A stretch of DNA of 64,000 nt, from NCBI GenBank assembly GCA_964397565.1, contig CAYNJC010000025.1, positions 84 through 64,083 of the forward strand. Reading direction: 5' to 3'. Origin of the DNA: an uncultured bacterium. GTDB lineage: Bacteria > Auribacterota > UBA3054 > JAPLST01. The position numbers and the translations under genes were made by a program. Of this stretch, positions 9,886 through 18,125 are shown piece by piece (position 1 is the first letter of the stretch; each line of letters opens with the position of its first letter). The notes below the pieces were generated by a model. The model saw only the letters and a program-made list of their open reading frames with translations, did not search any database and was not told where the DNA came from.

Positions 9886-11067
9886 ATGAAAAACATTGTT
9901 GAAATCAAAAACACGAAGCAAGCGGTGTGGAGCGCGTTGAGGACAAGCGTTTTCGGAGCACTTGTCACCGTCTTGCTTGCCTCAGCCTGGATGTTTGCAC
10001 AAGAAGCTGCGACGAAACCAGGCGTTTCGCCAGAGCAGAAAAAGAGATTGGACCTAATGAAATCCAAAGGAACGGAAGCCTCATTGACCATTCTCCCCGT
10101 CCGACTTGGTGGGAAACCGTTGGCTCAAGAGACCGCACAGGCGAGAGATTTTCGGGCTCGTGTTACCGAAGTTGTGGGACTTTTTCTGGAGCAGCAGGGG
10201 CTGCAGAATATTGAACTTCAGAAAACGGCGTTCGAACCGGCAGCCAAGACCGACATGGCGAGTTTGGCTGCCTCTCTGGCTGAATTCGTCAAGCAGCATC
10301 CAATCACAACTGAATATGTTTTATACGCCGAGTTGCGTACCGACGGGATGAGCGCGCTCGTGGGCGACAAGACCGGCGCGGTCGTATGGTCCGACCGGCT
10401 GACGGCCCAGGATAAACTCTTCAAGAGTGGACCGCCGGAACCGATGGCCGTCATTGCCCTGCTGGTCAAGCGGCTGAGTCCGCAATTGGGTCTCACTGAG
10501 CAAACCAAGAAGGCCGCCAAGCCCGGCAAGATTGCGGCAGTCATGGCGGAGCGCAGCGGAGAGCCCCCCGAGAACGAAACCACGCCGCTCCCTGGACGCC
10601 AGGACGAGATGAAGAAAGCAATGCCCAACGCGACCTTGGTGGTTTTTCCGCCTCGGGTCCGGGTGGCTGAGAATGCCGCAGAAGCCGGGAATGCCGCCGA
10701 CCTTGTGAAACTGATCAATGCTGCGGGATTGTGCAAGGCCGAGCCTGCCAAGCAGTCCCTATTGCTCAAGGCTTCCCAGGCTGATGTGAATGAGGCGAAG
10801 GTGATGTGGGACCTGGCGCGCGAGTTCCGGGACTACGCCAGGAAAAACCCGACAGATGCTGATTACGTTCTCTATGCGGACTACCGATTCAACCCGCAAC
10901 GATGGGAGGCAGGATTTGTGCATTTCATTGTGTGCGACCGCAGGGGCGAGTGGGTCCTCGCGGACCTGGTGAACTCGCATCACCCCGAATACCAGAGCAT
11001 CAAGCCGACATCGAGGGAGGACTGCGACAAGATTCTGGTCAAACGGCTGAAGGATTACCTGAAATGA
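9886..11067 (+). CDS. Hypothetical exported/membrane-anchored protein with internal domain duplication
   Basis: AAAGGA Shine-Dalgarno 7 nt upstream. N-terminal hydrophobic segment VFGALVTVLLASAWMFA. Two ~130-aa halves share motifs (HPITTEYVLYAELR and NPTDADYVLYADYR; VVWSD and WVLAD). No family recognised. Confidence 0.7.
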   Translation: MKNIVEIKNTKQAVWSALRTSVFGALVTVLLASAWMFAQEAATKPGVSPEQKKRLDLMKSKGTEASLTILPVRLGGKPLAQETAQARDFRARVTEVVGLFLEQQGLQNIELQKTAFEPAAKTDMASLAASLAEFVKQHPITTEYVLYAELRTDGMSALVGDKTGAVVWSDRLTAQDKLFKSGPPEPMAVIALLVKRLSPQLGLTEQTKKAAKPGKIAAVMAERSGEPPENETTPLPGRQDEMKKAMPNATLVVFPPRVRVAENAAEAGNAADLVKLINAAGLCKAEPAKQSLLLKASQADVNEAKVMWDLAREFRDYARKNPTDADYVLYADYRFNPQRWEAGFVHFIVCDRRGEWVLADLVNSHHPEYQSIKPTSREDCDKILVKRLKDYLK

Positions 11068-11268
11068 CCCGGCCGGCATGACTCCAGTTTCACGGCCCCT
11101 TGGTCATCGTCGGTCGGGTGCGGCCCTCTGCAGCGTTCGAATGGAATCAGGCGGCGCCTAACAAAATCACTGGAGCGAACGCGGGCGGGCCGCGTCAGTT
11201 GCCAATGCGGACGCGCGGCACCGCCCGCGTCGTTCAGTTCTGGCGTTGGCCAGAAGATAGAGGCAGAT

Positions 11269-11652
11269 ATGGAAGGCAAACCATTGATGTATGCCGACAT
11301 GAGTGAACGAGACCTGCTCACGTGGCAACTCGACTACACGATGCCTATGATCATCAAGGATTTCGAGGCGATTCCCGATGACAAGTTGGGCTGGCGTCCT
11401 GCAGCGAAGGCTCGGTCGGCCGGTCAGATCTTCGGGCATATTATGGCAACGGAACGCGTACACGTTCGCGGCTTCGTTCAGGGAATAGACGATTTTGAAA
11501 AAGACGCACAGTTGTTCCACCGCCTCTCGCGCTGCGCCCCGAGCGCAAACAAAGTTGTGAAAGCCATGGCTTCAAAAGAACAGCTCATTGCCGCATGGCG
11601 TGCGGTGCGCAAACAGACACATGAGTATCTCTCTAAGTGTAGTGTCTCATAA
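11269..11652 (+). CDS. DinB-like (DinB_2-type) protein, probably 3'-truncated
   Basis: Pattern DLLTWQLDY ... GQIFGHIMATERVH resembles the N-terminal half of DinB-fold proteins. It is only 127 aa, and the last six codons plus the stop lie inside the left terminal repeat of the 11633-12232 element. Confidence 0.45.
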   Translation: MEGKPLMYADMSERDLLTWQLDYTMPMIIKDFEAIPDDKLGWRPAAKARSAGQIFGHIMATERVHVRGFVQGIDDFEKDAQLFHRLSRCAPSANKVVKAMASKEQLIAAWRAVRKQTHEYLSKCSVS

Positions 11653-12232
11653 ATACCTTGACAAATCAGAACTGTCCGGATAGGTTGCCTTCGTCATAAC
11701 CTAAATCCCGCTTGCATCTCTCCCGCCGCTGGCGCATGCGCGTCAACTTAAGCGGCTGCAAGCCGCATCTACAACAGATGTTCCTGAAATTCCGCTATAG
11801 GGGAAAATGCGAACCTGACGTGGCCAAATCTGTTGGGGGTCCTGCGCGTGCGTGGCCGGAGGCTGAGGTAGGGCGGTCAGGCCCTGACCGCCGTTGCTGC
11901 ATGCGCGCGCACGCCGGTGCTACCATGGCGCAACAACGACCGCGGCGGTCAAGGGCCTGACCGCCCTACCTGTCTGCGCGCTCTACGCCGGCGGCTCCCG
12001 TTCTTATAGCGGAATTTCAGGACAGATGTTCTTGTTACGTTGACGCGCATGCGCCGCTGGCGGGACTGGCGAAGCCAGCCACCCGACCAGGGAGACCATA
12101 CAGCGCCTGCGCAAGCGCTCCGTCCCCCTGGCGGCGCTTGCGCCGTACCGCCAACGGCGGTAGGGTTGGGGGATTTTTTGCGATTTTGCCTTGGTGGTCA
12201 AATGTAAAGAAATGTTAGAGACACTGCACTAG
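11633..12232. mobile_element. 600-bp non-coding nested-palindrome element (MITE-like)
   Basis: Four sets of inverted repeats. (1) Termini: ctaagtgtagtgtctc at 11633-11648 against gagacactgcactag at 12218-12232. (2) cccgccgctggcgcatgcgcgtcaac at 11722-11747 against its partner at 12039-12064. (3) cctgaaattccgctata near 11783-11799 against tatagcggaatttcagg near 12005-12021. (4) gtagggcggtcagg at 11868-11881 against cctgaccgccctac at 11956-11969. No credible ORF inside. Confidence 0.6.
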
Positions 12233-12378
12233 CGCTCCATTCCCGCCCGCGAGCTTCGCCGTTCCACGGCGACTATGGTATAATCTTCGCAGGCGCTCCA
12301 GCCAGCCGCGGGTCAACGCCCGCGCCGTTATGCAGAGTTACGTTCAATCAGGTACAACCATCACCAGGAGCACATGCT

Positions 12379-13182
12379 ATGCGTGTTGAAGACTACTTTC
12401 GTGACAAAAACTGCGTGGTTACCGGCGCGGCGTCGGGCATTGGCTATGCCGTCTCTGAGGCGCTGCTGCACGCGGGCGCCGTTGTCGTTATGGCGGATCG
12501 GGATGCGCAGACGCTGGCCTCTGCCGTTGCACGACTTGGCGCGCATGCCGATCGCGTGCGTAGCGCGAACGTCGACGTGACGAGCCAAGAGCAGGTGCAA
12601 CAGATGATTCAGGCTGCGGCTGCACCCCCTGGTCGGCTCGACTTTCTCTTCAACAATGCCGGCATCGGTTACGGCATGCCGATCGAGAAGGCAACCTTGG
12701 AGCATTGGCGCCGCATTATTGACATCAACCTCTGGGGTGTCATCTACGGGGTTGACGCGGCCCTGCCGATTATGCGTCACCAGGGCGGTGGGCACATCAT
12801 CAATACGGCGTCAATCGCCGGGATCATCCCATTCGCATACCAAGTTCTGTATTGCGCAACCAAGTATGCGGTGGTGGGTCTGAGCGAAAGCCTGCGCCTT
12901 GAACTCGCGGATGAGGGCATTCATGTCTCCGTCGTCTGCCCCTCAGAGGTCGTCTCCCGCATTTGGGGGAAGAAGGTCCCGGACAGTGCGATTGCCGCCG
13001 AGGAGGCAGCCCAGACCATCCTTGCGGGCGTCGCGAGTAAACAGGGCATCATTGCCCTGCCCGAATCAGCCCGGCAGCTTTGGCTGCAATACCAAACTGC
13101 CCCTGCATCCAGTGAGGAGTTTCTGCTGACGATGGCCAGGGACCGCCGTAAGGCTTGGCAGTCCACGGGCTCCTATTACTAG
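12379..13182 (+). CDS. SDR family oxidoreductase
   Basis: TGAASGIGYA cofactor motif, NNAG, and catalytic YCATKYAVVGL (YxxxK). AGGAG Shine-Dalgarno 9 nt upstream. Confidence 0.88.
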   Translation: MRVEDYFRDKNCVVTGAASGIGYAVSEALLHAGAVVVMADRDAQTLASAVARLGAHADRVRSANVDVTSQEQVQQMIQAAAAPPGRLDFLFNNAGIGYGMPIEKATLEHWRRIIDINLWGVIYGVDAALPIMRHQGGGHIINTASIAGIIPFAYQVLYCATKYAVVGLSESLRLELADEGIHVSVVCPSEVVSRIWGKKVPDSAIAAEEAAQTILAGVASKQGIIALPESARQLWLQYQTAPASSEEFLLTMARDRRKAWQSTGSYY

Positions 13183-13202
13183 GCCTGGCACCTGGAAACC
13201 AA

Positions 13203-13700
13203 ATGATGCCGCTATCGCTTAGGGCTTATATTCGCACGCAAGGAATTTCTGCCGCCATCATTAACGCCGTGCTCAACCCGGCGCTGGCATGGCTCGGCAA
13301 CCGCAAGATGGAGTTTGTGCCGCTCACCGGCGGGCACAGCATTATCATTGATACCGCCGTGACTGCCGTTCTCCTGTCGCTGCTGGTGGCGCTGTTCGTC
13401 ACCGCCGGGTTTCATCGCGATCTTGGGGCCGGGCGGGTCACCGCGGCCAACGTCGTGGGCCGGCAAGGGCGGCTGCTCGGGCGCCTACCGCATCACGCGT
13501 GGGCGCTGGGGCTGCTGCTTGGGTTTGGCATCGCCTTTGTCCTGATACCTCTCCTGCTCGGGCTGTTCCGTGTGACCGGCATGCACGGACTTTCTTTCGT
13601 GGCGTTTGCGCTGTTCAAAGCCGTGTACACTGGGCTATTGGGCTTTGTCGTGACGCGTTGGGTGATTGTCCGGCAGTGGCTGCTGGTGCCCCAGGCGTGA
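13203..13700 (+). CDS. Hypothetical integral membrane protein
   Basis: About four hydrophobic helices. No family recognised. Internal ATG chosen to avoid overlapping the SDR gene. Confidence 0.5.
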   Translation: MMPLSLRAYIRTQGISAAIINAVLNPALAWLGNRKMEFVPLTGGHSIIIDTAVTAVLLSLLVALFVTAGFHRDLGAGRVTAANVVGRQGRLLGRLPHHAWALGLLLGFGIAFVLIPLLLGLFRVTGMHGLSFVAFALFKAVYTGLLGFVVTRWVIVRQWLLVPQA

Positions 13701-13823
13701 GGTGGGCGGCGCGGCACCTTGGTTTGTTGCGTTGCGAAAAACATTATCAAGGATTTGATTTTGCATTGAGTACCTACAGTATGCAACAACATGTTGTCTG
13801 GTGCTGTAATAATGGAGGACCTT

Positions 13824-14345
13824 ATGGTTGGCGCTTCAGCAGAGCAAGATCGCTTGAGGGCAGCACGGCGGCGATTGCACTTCAGGCATGGCGCGAGTCC
13901 GCTCAACGTCTCTGAGGCGGAGTGGCAGACGGCGCTCGCTGCCGCCATGTTCGACGCCGCGGTTGGCATCTGCCACGCAAAAATTTCCGGCGACACTTCC
14001 TATAGCATCCATGTTGCCGCAATCCCCAATCAAGTGGGATGCCACCTGCATCGGAATCCGAACCGCGATCAAGTGAACGACGGCAATGAAGTGTACGTGG
14101 TGGTGTCCGGCCATGGCGTCCTCCATTTCGGCAAGGCCGGGCAAGATGCCGGCGCAGTGCGGGTGGCTGATGGAGAATGGGAGCGGCTCCCGGTGCAGAC
14201 CGGCGATAGTTTTATTATTCCGGCAGGCTTCGCACACCAGCTCAGGCGCCATGGGCCCGGCGCGTTGACCGTTCTGTTTGCCTGTCCGGACGCACACCTC
14301 AAGGATGACCGGGACAGGACCATGCTGCCGGACGCACCCGATTGA
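13824..14345 (+). CDS. Cupin domain protein
   Basis: Two cupin motifs (CHLHRNPN ... EVYVVVSGHG and GDSFIIPAGFAHQL). The ATG at 13824 is preceded by GGAGG at 13814-13818. The ORF-track start at 13791 is also possible. Confidence 0.7.
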   Translation: MVGASAEQDRLRAARRRLHFRHGASPLNVSEAEWQTALAAAMFDAAVGICHAKISGDTSYSIHVAAIPNQVGCHLHRNPNRDQVNDGNEVYVVVSGHGVLHFGKAGQDAGAVRVADGEWERLPVQTGDSFIIPAGFAHQLRRHGPGALTVLFACPDAHLKDDRDRTMLPDAPD

Positions 14346-14390
14346 ACTCATGCGGTGCCACGCGGTGAATTGATTCTTTGCAGCGCCACC

Positions 14391-14611
14391 ACTAATGCGT
14401 GCGCGTTCTCCTTTGCAGCATCCTTGTAGCCGCCTGCGGCGAGGGCGGCTTCTGCAGCCGCGGTCATCCGCGCCGTTGACGGGATCGCCGCCGGTGGCGG
14501 GATCCCCGCCTTTGACGGGACTAGGCTGGTGCCTTAGCTAGCCAGGCCAGCTCCAAGCAGGCGCCCGCGGCCACAATTGAAATGCCAACGAGTAAGCGTA
14601 CTCATTAGTAA
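14391..14611 (+). mobile_element. MITE-like repeat, copy A (long form with 94-bp nested insert at 14469-14562)
   Basis: Terminal inverted repeats ACTAATGcGTgCGC and GCGTACTCATTAGT. The core gtagccgcc-gcgg-gagggcggcttctgcagccgcggtcatc is shared with copies at 20938, 24886 and 52874. Confidence 0.8.
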
Positions 14612-14615
14612 GATG

Positions 14616-14644
14616 TTGCAACGCCATGGATGAATTGCTATAGT
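14616..14644 (+). promoter_or_regulatory. Sigma70-type promoter TTGCAA-N17-(TGc)TATAGT, leaderless configuration
   Basis: ttgcaa at 14616-14621 and tatagt at 14639-14644. Only 7 nt separate the -10 box from the ATG at 14652, and there is no Shine-Dalgarno. The -35 box sits 5 nt downstream of MITE copy A. Confidence 0.6.
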
Positions 14645-14651
14645 ACTCATC

Positions 14652-15680
14652 ATGCACACAACATTGACCGGAGCTTACCTGCGTCTGCGGTGGGCGCTAT
14701 TCACGGTGGGTGGCACCGTCGGGTTGGTGGTGGTGCTGGCTGGTTGCGGGCGCCACGCGTCGGCGCTTGCGGGCACGGCCCGGCCCCTCTATCGGATCGC
14801 ATTCGCCTCGTTCGGGCCGGATCTGGCGGCAGACAATGCCATCCAGGGCTACCTGGACGGCTTGCGCGCCGAAGGCATTGAAGAGGGCCGCAACCTGGCG
14901 GTCATCCGCAAGCACGCCTTTGGCGAAATCAGTCAGTTGCCGCTGATGATGCAGGTCCTCGATGCCCAAGACCTCGATTTGATTGTGCCCATGACGACGC
15001 CGGGGCTGGCGGCTGCGTTCGGGGCGGTCAAGAGCACGCCGATGGTTTTTGTCTACACCTACGATCCGCTCGGTGCGGGCGCGGGCAAGAGCTTCGCCGA
15101 CCATCTGCCGCGCGTCACGGGCGTGGCGTCGTTCCCGCCCATTGAGGAAACCATGGCTGTCATCCTCCAGCTGGTGCCCCATGCCCGGACGGTCGGGACG
15201 CTCTACAACGCCGCGGAAGCCAATTCGGTCAAGGCGGTTGGGGTGGCGCGTGCCGTGCTTGCAGCCAAGGGCGTCGCGCTGGAGGAAGTGACCATCAGCA
15301 GCACGGCTGACGTGCAACTCGGGGCGCAGGCGCTGCTCGCGCGGCACCCGGATGTGATCTGGATCACCGGCGACAACACCGTGCTGCAAGCGCTCGAAGG
15401 CGTGATCAAGCCCGTGACGGACGCCAAGCTGCCGCTCATCCTGAATGATCCCGAGTTTGTCGAGCGCGGTGCCCTGGCCGCTATCGGGATCGGCTGGCAT
15501 GCCAGCGGCATGGCCGCGGGAAAAATGGCGGCCCGCGTTTTGCGCGGCGCGCAGACGGCCACAATGCCCATTGTGGCACTGGCCCAGCGCCGCATTGTCC
15601 TCAATCACGACGTGGCCCGCAAGCTGGGGGTGGTGTTCCCGCCCGCCTTGGCGCGGGAAGCGGCACAGCCGCCACGGTGA
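14652..15680 (+). CDS. ABC transporter substrate-binding protein (ABC_sub_bind/BMP-like family)
   Basis: N-terminal TM/signal segment. YRIAFASFGPD ... LDLIVPMTTPG ... VFVYTYDP pattern resembles the PF04392-type family. No cognate permease or ATPase gene nearby. Confidence 0.65.
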   Translation: MHTTLTGAYLRLRWALFTVGGTVGLVVVLAGCGRHASALAGTARPLYRIAFASFGPDLAADNAIQGYLDGLRAEGIEEGRNLAVIRKHAFGEISQLPLMMQVLDAQDLDLIVPMTTPGLAAAFGAVKSTPMVFVYTYDPLGAGAGKSFADHLPRVTGVASFPPIEETMAVILQLVPHARTVGTLYNAAEANSVKAVGVARAVLAAKGVALEEVTISSTADVQLGAQALLARHPDVIWITGDNTVLQALEGVIKPVTDAKLPLILNDPEFVERGALAAIGIGWHASGMAAGKMAARVLRGAQTATMPIVALAQRRIVLNHDVARKLGVVFPPALAREAAQPPR

Positions 15681-15718
15681 CGACGATTTATGCTATCATA
15701 TCCATATTCACTTACCGG

Positions 15719-16459
15719 ATGAACCCCATGAAACGCATCAAACAATTCCTGATTCTATTGCTGGTGCTGCTGATCGGCGTCGTGCTGCTGCGCAATGTCA
15801 TCGTCCGCCTGGCGCTGCCGCCGCTGGCGCGGGCGCTCGCCGGCGTGCAGGTCGCCGTGGGTAACGTGGCCATTGGCCTGCGCGCGCCGCAGATTGCGCT
15901 GCGGGATGTGCACGTGATGAATCCAGCGGGCTTTCCGTCCGAGCCAATGCTGACCGTGCCGGAAGTGTACCTGCAGTACAGTCGGGCATCCTTGTTGCAG
16001 GACACTGTCCGCGTCCTGAGTGCGCGCCTGCACATCAGCCGCATCGTCATTGGTCGCAATGCGCAGGGCGCCGTCAATGTGCGTGTCCCGCCGGATGGCG
16101 GCAGCGGCAGCAGCACCGGCAGTGGGGCAAAGCCGAAGAAGAATATCGCCTTCGAACGCCTGCATCTGGTCATCGACGACGTGGTGCTGAAAGATTATTC
16201 CGTCACGCCGCCGCGTGAGTTTGTCGTGCCGGTCAACCTGGATGAGGACGTGGCCAACCTCACCAACCATGCCCAAGTGGTGGCGATCATCGTCGAGCGC
16301 GCCATGCAGCGCATTCCGGTTGACATGCTGGCCCAACAGGGCTTGGCGGCGCTCTCGCGCTCGCTGGGCGGCGGCAACGCGATCAACGTCAGCAATGTGC
16401 AGGCGATCATTCGCGACGCAAGCGCCACGCTGAAATCACTGCTCAACAAGAAAAAATAG
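15719..16459 (+). CDS. Hypothetical membrane-anchored protein
   Basis: N-terminal TM (FLILLLVLLIGVVLL). Extended -10 TGCTATCAT at 15691-15699. Start could be 15719 or 15728. No family recognised with confidence. Confidence 0.55.
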   Translation: MNPMKRIKQFLILLLVLLIGVVLLRNVIVRLALPPLARALAGVQVAVGNVAIGLRAPQIALRDVHVMNPAGFPSEPMLTVPEVYLQYSRASLLQDTVRVLSARLHISRIVIGRNAQGAVNVRVPPDGGSGSSTGSGAKPKKNIAFERLHLVIDDVVLKDYSVTPPREFVVPVNLDEDVANLTNHAQVVAIIVERAMQRIPVDMLAQQGLAALSRSLGGGNAINVSNVQAIIRDASATLKSLLNKKK

Positions 16460-16460
16460 C

Positions 16461-17846
16461 ATGAAAGAAACCACCGCAGCAGACGACCAGAGCAACGCGG
16501 CGCTGCCGCTGTCGCCATGGTATCTCGAGCATCCGCTCCGGGCGGCCCGCTTTGTGCATCGCGGCATCTGGCAGATCGAGAGTGCGCGCCTGCCGCGCGC
16601 CAAAGCGCTGTTGCTCAAAATCGCCCGGGTGCTGGTGCTCTCGGCCTTCAAATTTGTCGAGGATAAGTGTCTGTTGCGCGCGGCGGCGTTGACCTTGTAT
16701 CTGTTGCTCTCGCTCGTGCCGCTGGTCGCGCTGGCCTTCGCCATCTCGAAGGGCTTCGGCATGGACGAGCTGTTGCAGAACAAGCTGCAGGAACTGGAGT
16801 TGCAGAAAGAAGTGATTTCGCATATCACCTTGTTTGCCCGCAATCTGCTGGACAAGACCAGCGGCGGCGTGGTCGCCGGCGTCGGCGTCGCGTTCTTGTT
16901 TTGGACCGTGTTGCAGGTGCTGGGCAATATCGAGGAGTCCTTCAACGCCATCTGGGGCATCACCAAGTCGCGCGGCTTCGGGCGCAAATGCACCGACTAT
17001 TCCTCGATCGTCATTCTCTGCCCGCTGCTCTTGATCGTCTCCAGCAGCTTGACCGTCATGATTAACAAACAAGTGCAGTTCATGGCCAGCCAGTTTGAAG
17101 TGCTGGGCATGGTCGCGCCGCTGATCATTCGCGCGCTGCGCTTCTCCACCTATTTGATCATCTGGATTCTGTTCTCCTTCCTGTATCTCTTCATCCCCAA
17201 CACGCGCGTGCGCTGGTCCACTGGCATTATTGCCGGGATTGTCGCCGGCACGATTTTTCAATTGGGCCAGTTCGGTTACGTCACCTTTCAAATCGGCGTG
17301 GCGCGCTATAATGCCATATATGCCGGCTTCGCCGCCCTGCCCTTGTTCATCATCTGGCTGCAAATGAGCTGGATGATCGTGCTGTACGGCGCCGAATTTG
17401 CCTATGCCTGGCAGCATGTGCAACAGTATGAATTTCTCGATGAAAGCTTGCGCGCCAGCGCCGCGACGCGCGCGCGCATGGCCTTGATCATTGTGCGCGC
17501 CATTGTCGCGCGTTTCACGCAGGGGGCCGCGCCGTTCTCGCTGGCCGAGCTGCAGGCCACTCTCGCCCTGCCGCTGCGCCTGTTGCAGCAACAATTGGAC
17601 GCGCTGGTTGCCTGCGGCGTCTTGGCCGAGACGCGCGCCGCCGATCCGGTCGGTATCACGTATCAGCCCGCGCGCGACACCGCCCTGCTCAGTATCAACA
17701 ATGTGCTCAGCGCACTTGAGCAACACGGCGCACAGGACGTCCCCCATGCGCCGACCGCCGAGGCGGCGGCAGTGACCGCAGCGCTGGCTGAGTTGAGCGC
17801 CGCGCGCGCGCAGTCGCCCGCCAACCGCCTCATCCGCAACCTGTGA
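16461..17846 (+). CDS. YihY/BrkB family membrane protein with C-terminal extension
   Basis: FNAIWGITKSRGFGRKCTDY and a multi-TM core typical of the YihY family, plus a ~120-aa soluble tail. Confidence 0.75.
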   Translation: MKETTAADDQSNAALPLSPWYLEHPLRAARFVHRGIWQIESARLPRAKALLLKIARVLVLSAFKFVEDKCLLRAAALTLYLLLSLVPLVALAFAISKGFGMDELLQNKLQELELQKEVISHITLFARNLLDKTSGGVVAGVGVAFLFWTVLQVLGNIEESFNAIWGITKSRGFGRKCTDYSSIVILCPLLLIVSSSLTVMINKQVQFMASQFEVLGMVAPLIIRALRFSTYLIIWILFSFLYLFIPNTRVRWSTGIIAGIVAGTIFQLGQFGYVTFQIGVARYNAIYAGFAALPLFIIWLQMSWMIVLYGAEFAYAWQHVQQYEFLDESLRASAATRARMALIIVRAIVARFTQGAAPFSLAELQATLALPLRLLQQQLDALVACGVLAETRAADPVGITYQPARDTALLSINNVLSALEQHGAQDVPHAPTAEAAAVTAALAELSAARAQSPANRLIRNL

Positions 17847-17958
17847 TGTTGCCCATGCGATGATGCTGTCTTTGTGAGTCTCGTGCCTGCCTGTGGCCAT
17901 GATTCTTCTGCGGCAGGCGCCAATGGCTACAAACGACAAAAAATGTCGATTGTCGAGG

Positions 17959-17983
17959 AAATTCGTTTGCGGCGAACGAATTT
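17959..17983. repeat. Palindromic hairpin repeat AAATTCGTTyGCGGCGAACGAATTT (family 2)
   Basis: 10-11-nt arms. Near-identical copy at 34019-34043 and a related copy at 55972-56006. Confidence 0.8.
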
Positions 17984-18021
17984 AGAACGGGCGCAATAGC
18001 CAACGTCAACACCCTCTGCCC

Positions 18022-18050
18022 AAGTTTCGAGTTTCAAGTTTCAAGTTTCA
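18022..18050. repeat. Heptamer tandem repeat (AGTTTCA x3-4)
   Basis: aagtttcg agtttca agtttca agtttca, immediately upstream of the fucosidase promoter. Confidence 0.85.
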
Positions 18051-18061
18051 TACCCCCGCCA

Positions 18062-18090
18062 TTGACAGCGCGGCGGCGGCATGCTATTAT
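18062..18090 (+). promoter_or_regulatory. Sigma70-type promoter TTGACA-N17-TATTAT
   Basis: ttgaca at 18062-18067, exact 17-nt spacer, tattat at 18085-18090. Upstream of the fucosidase ATG at 18126. Confidence 0.6.
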
Positions 18091-18125
18091 GCTCGCACAT
18101 TGATCTTCACCACCCGGAATTTGCT

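Noticed and set aside
11712-12201. ORFs 11712-11960(+) and 12004-12201(-) inside the 600-bp element as possible transposase genes.
   Set aside because: They are 82 and 65 aa, Arg-rich and mirror each other because of the palindrome. They have no DDE or HUH-type motifs.
11629-12420. After conceptual removal of the 600-bp element, the DinB-like frame stays open and runs in-frame into the SDR gene.
   Set aside because: The connecting peptide (LSLHSRPRASPFHGDYGIIFAG ...) has no DinB-like C-terminal motif. The SDR gene has its own AGGAG Shine-Dalgarno and extended -10. I treat this as coincidence in GC-rich DNA.
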